DNA from: the human T2T-CHM13v2.0 reference genome, Homo sapiens
Assembly (NCBI RefSeq): GCF_009914755.1
Contig: NC_060937.1
DNA length: 64,000 nt
Strand: one strand, 5' to 3'
Below are positions 54,084-64,000 of the stretch, in pieces. The notes under the pieces were generated by a model. That model was not told the origin of the DNA. It did not search any database and saw only the letters and a program-made list of their open reading frames with translations. Positions within the stretch are counted from its first letter, which is position 1, and the number at the start of each line of letters is the position of its first letter. Position numbers and translations under genes: made by a program.

Positions 54084-55756
54084 CTACCTAAGAAGATATT
54101 CAAGCCAGAAGTCCATGGACCAGCATATATCAAGCCTACAAATGAAACGATGAGGGGAGGATGGATCCACAGTCATCTGACGGCAATGGTGATTTGATTC
54201 ATTGACACATTTGGTGTATTATTGTGAACACAGTCAATAGCATGGATTGAAAGAGGCAGCTGTAGCTTAGACATTTTTAGAATGTAACACCTATTTAATA
54301 TTTTGTTTCCTAATTTAGTGCCCCCTCTCCAAAGAAACTAAAACGCTTCCCCTAACTTCATGCCAAGGTTGCTATGTGAAACAAAAGTAGTGCAAAGCTG
54401 CTCTTCCCCGGGGCCCCCATGTGACTATATCTGAGGCTATTCAAAAGCCCATGCCTACCTTTTCCTAGTGAATTCCAAGCATGTCAGAAACATTTCCTAA
54501 TTAATCTTCACAATCTACTCATGAAATAAATGGCAGTGCTCGGTATGAGTGAGTGTCACACATGGGATCAAGCAATGGCAATACTGGACCTTTTAGTTTT
54601 CCACTGCGTATATGTACCCTGCCAAGGCATAAGACAGAACTAGGTCTCCTGTCTGCAGACAGACGATTATCAGCAGCTTCTTTCCTATGGTCATTTTACA
54701 TTTTGAACATCATGCAACAGTCGCTTGTGGTAATTATTTCTTCAGCCTAGGTCTATTTAATTTAACGTTGCTTGGGAAAAAAATGATAATAAAATCCCAA
54801 AAGATACCGATAAGTTCTGCATCCCGATATGTCTTTATGATGACGTAGGGTGACAAATGAGGCAAGTTACGTCATTGGCTAGAACCACAATCGGAACCCC
54901 AGCCACAGAGCTTTCTGAGCACTTTGCTTGGTTTATAGCCATTGGTCTGCATTATTCTGTAACGGTCAAGTGTCTGGTTTCATACATAGCTATGTGATCC
55001 TCACATTTTCATAAATAGATGGACATCTTTGCATTCCAATACCAGACAAAAACTAGTGCCGTGAACCCTCTGTGGGAGCTGTGGCTGACACAGCCTGAGA
55101 GTCTAAGATGGGGAGGAAGGGAGAGAATGTGGCCCTGCCATTCTGGGTGAACGCGGTGGTGCCATTTTTAGGTACAAGGGGGTCTGAGGGTGGAACAAAA
55201 AGCCTGGAGCCACAGAAGGTGAGCGTGGAGATAGCAATTGAACCAGATGGATTAGGGAGATGAAAAAGGGAGAAAGATGAGAGGTAGAGGATTAGCAGGA
55301 AAGAAGTGTCAACTCCAGAAGAGAAGCCTTGGGTTTTGTGGAATGCGCTCCATGTAAAAAAATAACTGCATTTTGATGTCTCTCCCAGGCTTTTCATAGT
55401 TAAGACAGCTGCAGAGGAAGAGAAAAATCCAGGGCCCTAAACAGGAGAAGTGTTTTCAGAAGATGTGTGACTCACATGAAAAGTCCCTGGAGGGTGATCT
55501 GCACACTGTCCTTTTTATGATATCACGCACAACTCCACTAACCTGGCCAGGCCACCAACCAGATTTTGTCTCTCTTGTGGCACTTTCTGGGAAGCATTAA
55601 ACTCCTTGCAGAGGCACTGTTATGAGCCAGTGTACAGCAAACACACGGGCTGGCACTGTAAGGTGTCACGTTCCTCTTTTGAACGTGTAGTTAGTCCAGG
55701 TTATGCCTCTTGATATTGGAGCACAGCTAAGTGTGTGGGTGCACATGTGGGCACAC

Positions 55757-55780
55757 CACACACACACACACACACACACA
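55757..55780. repeat. (CA)n microsatellite
   Basis: About 12 CA units. Confidence 0.95.
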
Positions 55781-58687
55781 ATGCACACTCCTGAGATAGG
55801 TTAGAAAATGTGAAAGTTTAGCTTTGTCCCCGGGTGTTGTTAAAGTATTTAATCTGAGGCAATGCACGTTTACAAACAAAAGGACTGTCACTTTGATGCC
55901 TGAATACAGAAAGCTGTGCTTGTCGGCCACCAAATAGCTCCATTTCCGTACAGTTAATCTTCAGAGCGTCTGTTCACGTTAACTCTGGTTTGTACTTTGT
56001 AGAGACTTGCTTTTGCTGTTTGGACAGGTGAAAGCATCCACTGCACAATTCTGTTAAAATAATAACTTGTCTGTTGTCTGTGTGAGGAGAGAAGCATTGA
56101 AGCCTGTATCGGTTATCTTTAATGTCTATTTTGATGGCTTTTTATTTATGGAATATCGGTGCGTTTTGATCTACAAGCCCTCTGAGTTGTTTTTGGAGGG
56201 GAGGGCTTTAGACACAAATGAGTGATGGGCACAGCCACGGACAGCCCATCCTAAATTAAATATTCCCTGCTTGATCTTGCCACTTTATTTTTAAAAAAGC
56301 GAAATTAGCATGAGTTCATTTAATATCTTGCACTGTCCAAGCCAGAAATAATACCATAATCCTAAGGGATCGCCCTTATTTTATGCTCCTGTTTAAGCCT
56401 TCAAACAGCTCTTTAAATACATGTGTCTTTATCTTTGCTTTTTACTTTCTTTCATGTTTCTCTAGGCATTTGACTTTGGAGTCTGTCTAAGTCACACTGC
56501 TGTTTTTCTAAATTATCCTTAAAGCTGACCTCTTTTGGGAAGTCCTTGCAGGGCTAATGGTCAAACAGCATTCCTATATTTATCCTGGGCACTGAGGGAA
56601 TTCATTTTCCTTTTTTTATTCTGGGCGAGGGGGACCAGATGAAAGTGGGCATCTGGTCTGTCTTTTATCTAAAATGTAAAATATGCTTTTTAAAACACCA
56701 TATTGAAACCAGCCACACAATGTTGAGGGGACAGCTGGGTGTCCAGATCATTTGCCTATCATGGTTCTCTGTTTATTAGGAAGCATTGCAGCTCCTGGAG
56801 CAGCCCTACTCACTTGGGCATCCAGCAGTTGAAGCCGAGTTTTGATATACTTTACATAATGAAGCCCATGGAAGGTGCTCTGAGCATAAAATCTTATGAA
56901 AAGAATTTCTCTGAGATCTTTTCCCTATTTCCTATTTCTAGGGATGTAGTTAGATGTATTTACAACTTCAGAGCCTGTTGCAATTTTAGTGTTGGTTACA
57001 CCTAAGGGAGGCTCCAGTCAAAATTATAACATTGGCAAAGAGTCTCCTTGGAGACTTTTCTCCAGGTGCTCCGATCTTGTTTAGATATACTTTGGACCCC
57101 ACCACCCTCCCCACTGGGCCAGACATTGTCCTAGACCCTGTAATTCCCATCTGCTTCCCATCCTTCAGTAGGGATCTTGTCTGTTCATTCACTCATCCTT
57201 TCATTGAACAAATGTTGAGAGGCTGCTGAGAACCAGGCCTTCCAATCAGCCTTGGGGATACAGAGGGGGCATGGAGTGGCTGCTCTCAGGGATCTTACAA
57301 TGTGTGTGCAAGTTACAGAAGCAATGAATTAATGATGCTGCATTAGGTCAGGTGAGGGATGTAGGAGGAGGGGGAGGGAACCACCTAATGGGGAGGCGTC
57401 TCTGGGAAATGAGGAGCCTGCCTGCAAGAATCCAGAAGGAAACCAGTGTGGCTGGGGAAGAGGATGGACTCCACGGCTCTTGGCCACGTTCTGAAGATAT
57501 CTCAGCAGTTGCACTTGACTCTTTTTGTTTCATCTTCTGGGTACCATTTTAAGGAATACTTAATTTACTGATGGCTAAGAGTCATAAGGTAACTTAGACT
57601 TCTTACGAATATATTCAGTGTTCAGAAAAGTCTATTTTTATTATCAGCAACCACAGCTTCAACATTTCATCTGACCTTTTTCAGTATATAACAATTTCCT
57701 TTGACTTTATGTTGATGTCATTTCTTAGCTTGCCAAAGTTTTGGAATTTTTAGGATTTTTTTTCAGTTTCTCAAGTAGCACATCAAGTTTCCTTTATTTC
57801 CAAGACTTGATAGCAAAATTCATTTGGATGTGGTATTTATTGTTGCTGTTATTGTTTCTTTCTAGGTCATTCCTTAGTTTACTCATCTTCAGCATTCCAT
57901 AAGTTGGTCATTTCAATGATTTTCAGTGAATTGGCCTGATCTCACATCTCTCTTCTAAACTTACTTTCATTATGTTTTTATTTAAATTGTTCTTTTTACA
58001 TATGTTTAGTTCTTACAAAACTTCCATTATACTTTGGAGTTTGGATGAATGTAAATTCCAAATAAATGTACTGATTTCTCCTCTTCCCTTATTGATCTCC
58101 AGCATCCTTCTCTAATTAAATATTTATTGAAGGTCCGTTCTGTGCCTTGCATAATGATAGGCTCTGGGAATAGAAATAAAAAACAAAATCTTTGTCCTAT
58201 AAATATATGGACACTAAGTAATGGAGCTTATCTGCATTCTCTTATTCTGTTAGGCAATATTTTACTTCAGTGAATTTAGTTTCTTACGCCATAGAAATGC
58301 ATGATGCGCCTACCATTTCTTAGGATCAGCCCAGCTGTAGGAAGTGATATTAGCTTTTTATTTTCTCACAAAGACATACAAGGCTTTGGCTTAACTTTCT
58401 TTTCTTTTATTTTTACTAACTAGCTTTTAAGTCTGGCATTGATAGCACTTGACTGTGTTATTCTGATTTTTGAAAACCTAAAACTTGCCTTCTTAAAATT
58501 TGCTAGCTTATTCCCTACTTCTTTTTTCTTCTCCAAAAAAAAAAAAAAAAAAAGGAAAAAGATAAAAAGAGTCCTCACAACATGGCTACTACCTGGTGTG
58601 CATTTTCCAAGATGGATCCTGGGACTTCAGTGTTTGGCAAACCATGGCATGGTCACTAAAAACTTGTCTATTTGAACAGTTTGCAAT

Positions 58688-59428
<741 letters not shown>

Positions 59429-59520
59429 GTGATGCTTCGCATATTCAAGCTTGGTGCTGCACAAACTGACCAAGAAGACAGCCAATAAAACATTACAGAT
59501 GTGGAATTTGTTTTATTTCC

Positions 59521-60145
59521 TGTGCCAGTCAAGTTTCAGGGTAGAACGCAGAATCTACTTGAGGTATCTTAAGCAGAAATGACTGTATTTTAATGAATTA
59601 AGTCAAGTGCTCACACAATTGTTGGAAAGGCTGGAGAAGCAAGTTCCAGTCTAGAACTCTGAAAATAATGCCCAGGTGCCAGGGAGTCTGGCAGTGACCC
59701 CTGGGCCTGTAAGATTCAGGAACACACCCTTAAGTCTGAGATCCACAGATAGATTGGGAAGGCCCTATTGCTGGGGCTACAGTGGCCTCTCTACACCCAT
59801 GAATCTGGAGATGGACTTTCAGAAGCAGAATGAGGTCCCTGTCTCACCTGTAACTGCCTCTCATTACCCTGGAAGCTGGAGATGGGGCGGTGGAGCACAG
59901 CCACAGGAAGAAACCTCATATTCCTAAGACCTTGTTATCAGCAGATAAGAAGCCGAAGGGCACCAATCTCTCCTCTACCTGGCTTTCCCCTTTAAAATGT
60001 CAGTGACTTTTAATATCCGCAGGATCTTTAGCAGAAAAGAAGTCTAGGAAATGTAGTTTTTAGCCTCTCAGGGTCTACAGTGCAGGAAAGCACCCTGGAA
60101 AGTGTTGAGAATGAATGCTGAGGGCCAATTAATTACATGCAACAC
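59521..60145 (-). mobile_element. Old MaLR LTR (MLT1K/L-like)
   Basis: 'gtctaggaaatgtagtttttagc...tctacagtgcaggaaagcac...gaatgctgagggccaat' resembles the MLT1K/L terminus. Approximate. Confidence 0.5.
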
Positions 60146-60685
60146 GATTACAGAAGGGCAAATAGTGGGATGTGCCAGTGAATACTACTCAATGGGCAGC
60201 TAGGTGAAATATCTAATATAAGGAGAAGGCCTCCTGGAGTTTATTTTACTGGAATCTCCTGCCATTAAGGCAACCAACCCTCCCTGCCTGTGTCATACTT
60301 GAAATAAGAACTTTCAGGGAAATTCCAGTTAAGGCTAGTCCTGTGTAGAGAAGAGAGGGAAAGTAAGGTGTGCAGGAAGTCCCAGGAGATTTAAGATAGC
60401 TGAAGTTTACACTAATTCTCCCCATGTCAAAGTGAGTGGAGTCCATACTGGTGATACAAGCAGTAAGTATGAATCTGGACTCAAATTTTTACTCACATAT
60501 AATTCACATGGCATTATGTAAGTTGGGGAGCACGAGTAAACTAGATACTTGAGAACACGGTGATGTTAGATGTCATATATCATTAATGAAATCAGCACAG
60601 ATTCCTTAGGCCACACTGTCTATGTGAAAGCCTTTGGAGCGAGGCCGCCATCAGGTGACATTGTTCTAGGTTCAATGGGAAGGAG

Positions 60686-62925
60686 TGTATCAGTCTGTTC
60701 TCATGCCTCAGTGAAGAAATACCCAAAACTGGGTAATTTATAAAGAAAAAGGTTTAATTGACTCACAGTTCTGCATGGCTGGGGAGGCCTCAGCAAACTT
60801 ACAATCATGGTGTAGGCATCTCTCTTCACAGGACAGCAGGAGAGAGAATGGGTGCAAGAAGGGGAAATGCTGGATGCTTATAAAACCATCAGATCTTGTG
60901 AGACTCACTCACTATCATGAGAACAGCATGGGGAAACTGCCCCCATGACCCCATTGCCTCCACCTGGTCCCATCATTGACATGTGGGGATTATGTGGATT
61001 ATAGTTCAAGGTGAGATTTGGGTGGGGACACAGAGCCAAACTATATCATTCTGCCCCTGACCCCTCCCAAATTTCACGTCCTCACATTTCAAAACACAAT
61101 CATGCCTTTCCAACCAACTGTCCTCAAAGTGTTAGTCTTAACTCATTCCAGCATTAACCGAAAAGTCCAAGTCCAAAGTCTCATCTGAGACAAGGTAAGT
61201 CTCTTCTGTCTAGGAGCCTGTAAAATCAAAAGCAAGTTAGTTACTTCCTAGATACAATGGGGGTAAAGACATTGGGTAAATACAGCCATTCCAAATGGGA
61301 GAAATTGGCCAAAATAAAGGCCCCAGGCAAGTTTGAAATCCAATAGGGCAGTCATTAAACCTTGAGGTTCCAAAATGATCTCCTTTGACTTCATGTCTCA
61401 CAGCCAGCTCATGCTGATGCAAGAAGTGGGCTTCCACGGCCTTGGGCAGTTCCACCTCTGTGGCTTTGCAGGGTACAGCTCCCCTTCCAAGCTGCTTTCA
61501 TGGGCTGGCTTTGAGTGTCTGCTGCTTTTCCAGGTACACAGTGCAAACTGTCAGTGAATCTACCATTCTTGGGTCTGGAAAATGGTGGCCTTCTTCTCCT
61601 AGTTCCACTAGGCAGCTCCCCCATGGGTACTCTGTGTGGGGGCTCCAACAGCACTGCCCTAGCAGAAGTTTTCCATGAGGGAGAAAACTTCTACCTGGAC
61701 ATCCAGGCATTTCCATACATCCTCTGAAATCTAGGTGGAAGCTCCCAAACCTCAGTTTTTGACTTCTGTGCACCCACAGGCTCAACACCATGTGGAAGCC
61801 ACCAAGGTTTGGGGCTTGCACTCTGAAGCAATGGCCTGAGCTATACCTTGGCCACTTTTAGCCACACTGGAGCTGAAGTAGCTGGGATGCAGGGCACTAT
61901 GTCCTGAAGCTGCATAGATCAGGAGGGCCCTGGGCCCTGGGCCCCTCAAAACCATTTTTTCCTCCTAGGCCTCCAGGCCTGTGATGGTAGGGGCTGCCTT
62001 GGAAGTGTCTGACATACTCTGGAGACATTTTCCTCATTGTATTGGTGATTAACATTCAGCTCCTCATTACTTATACAAACTTCTGTAGCAGGCTTGAATT
62101 TTTCCCTAGAAAATGGGTTTTTCTTTTTCAGTGCATTGTCAAGCTGCAAATTTTCCAAACTTTGAAGCTCTGCTTCCTGTTGAACTCTTTGCCACTTAGA
62201 AATTTCTTCTGCCGGATACCCTAAATCATCTCTGTCAAGTTCAAAGTTCCACAGATCTCTAAGGCAGGGGCAAAATGTCACCAGTCTCTTTGCTAAAACA
62301 TAGCAAGAGTGACCTTTACTCCAGTTACCAACAAGTTCCTCATCTTCATCTGAGATGACCTCAGCCTGATCTTCATTTTCTGGATCACTATCAAAGCTAT
62401 TCAAGTCTCTAGGAAGTTCCAAACTTTCCCACATTTTCCTATTTTCTTTTGAGCCCTCCAAAATGTTCCCACTTCTGCGTGTTACCCAGTTCAAAAGTCA
62501 TTTCCACACTTTCGGTTATCTTTACAGCAGAACCCCACTCTTGGTACCAATTTACTGTATTAGTCTATTTTCACGCTGCTAGGAATACCCAAGACTGAGT
62601 ATTTCAGTTTCAATTTATAAAGAAAAGAGGTTTAATTGACTCCCAGTCCCACATGTTGGGGATGCCTCAGGAAACTTACAATCATGGCTGAAGTAACCTC
62701 TTCACAGGGTGGCAGGAGAGAGAATGAGTGCAAGCAGGGGAAATGTCAGATGCTTATAAAACCCATCAGATCTCATGAGACTTACTCAGTATCATGAGAA
62801 CAGCATGGGGAAACCACCCCCATGATCCAATTACCTCCACCTGGTCCTGCCCTTAACATGTGAGGATTATGGGGATTACAATTCAAGTTGAGATTTGGGT
62901 GGGGACACAGAGTCAAACCATATCA
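60686..62925 (-). mobile_element. Full-length THE1 (C/D-like) MaLR element: 5' LTR 62556-62925, internal 61049-62555, 3' LTR 60686-61048
   Basis: Two ~365-bp direct-repeat LTRs (tgtat..agtc...tatca); polypurine tract (ttctgcccctgacccctccc on +) next to the 3' LTR; perfect 5-bp TSD aggag (60681-60685, 62926-62930). Confidence 0.95.
61946..62494 (-). pseudogene. THE1-internal ORF remnant (MaLR gag-like)
   Basis: KMWESLELPRDL...GNWSKGHSCY...FCPCLRDLWNFEL motifs of the THE1/MST internal ORF; TTG start in the track. Confidence 0.7.
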
Positions 62926-64000
62926 AGGAGGTACCAACTGTGTGAGGGGCCACAGTGAGCCAGGGTTTGAAGAGACCCAGGACCTCATGAGGATCAAGTG
63001 TTCACTGCAGGCTGGGAGACCAGGATGGGCCTTGTTGATTCAGAACACTAGACAAGTAATGCATTTTCTTCTTGCTGTTTTGGCATTGGGTAGAGACTGG
63101 CTGCAATTTATCATTCACCAGAACAATTTTTGGATAGAGATTTGTAAGAGAACCCTCACTTTTGTTTCGATGAGGCCTTCTGGCCTCAAGAATCTGAAGA
63201 GATTTTGCGGTTTGGTTTTATTTTCATAGAAAGACCAAAAAAACCCTCTGGAACACAAACTAATTCTGTATTTTAGGTTTTTCATATAGCTTCTGACAAC
63301 CACGAAGTGCTCAAGCGTTTAAACTTACGTTAACTAAATGAGCAAGGATTCCTTCCAATTCAAAGAAACCTATGAGCGTGGCAGGGATTCTGTGCGGTGT
63401 TGCTTGCCTACTGTTGGCCACATGCTTCTTTTTAGCTATAAGGATTGAGAGTATGAGTCACCTATAATTTTATGCTTCTTGAAAGCTTTCCTGAGAAGTT
63501 ATCTTCAGAAATCTCCTTTCGAATTCTGTATCAGACTTTTATTGCGTTTATATATTTATGTTAAAAGTGCCTTGTACATGGCTGCGCCAACTGGGATGGA
63601 GTCTTTTTCCAAAAGGGCTTAAATATCTGATGAAAATTGTATTTTCTTGGGAAAGAAAGAAAAAATGAGGGCTTGGTACTTCCTCAGAACTTTGTTTGGG
63701 TGTGAATTTTTGTTTTTAACTCCCTGTACTCTCATTCCCAATGGGCAGGACTTTTTTTTTTTTTTGAGGATTTTTTTAAGGTTTTAATTACTGTTTTCTC
63801 ACATGACTCTGCTCCCTACCTCATATAATTATACTATTTGTTGGAACCTAAAGACATTGAAACATTACAGGGGATGTAAACCCACTTTGCTGGTCTATAG
63901 CTTTGGAGTGCTTCCTCCTGCTACTCAAAAACCTGTCGAGCTCCTGGTGGCTGTACTGGAGTCAGCCTCCTGTCTTGGTTGTCAACATCTGTGGCTGTCA

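Noticed and set aside
53268-54133. 248- and 264-aa HT-rich ORFs
   Set aside because: Artefacts of the (GT)n-AGGGAAGA repeat.

Overview
This is primate, almost certainly human, non-coding genomic DNA (intronic or intergenic). It is not prokaryotic. The evidence is about eleven Alu SINEs (J, S and Y types), MIR and L2 relics, and MaLR/ERV LTRs: a solo LTR12, two LTR47-like solo LTRs, MER21-, MST- and MLT1-like LTRs and a full-length THE1. There are also DNA transposon relics (MER6, MER5) and two L1 3' fragments, one carrying human-specific pre-Ta L1Hs diagnostic bases. I cannot support any cellular protein-coding exon, RNA gene or CRISPR array, and I cannot name the locus. The long ORFs in the track come from simple repeats or transposons. 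I did not find a new biological system. The most worthwhile items are a very young, possibly polymorphic pre-Ta L1 insertion, a closely spaced inverted Alu pair, a solo LTR12 nested in a MIR with altered TATA-like and poly(A) motifs, two modular tandem repeats and a few candidate enhancer motif clusters. Repeat subfamily names come from my recall of consensus sequences and need RepeatMasker/Dfam confirmation.
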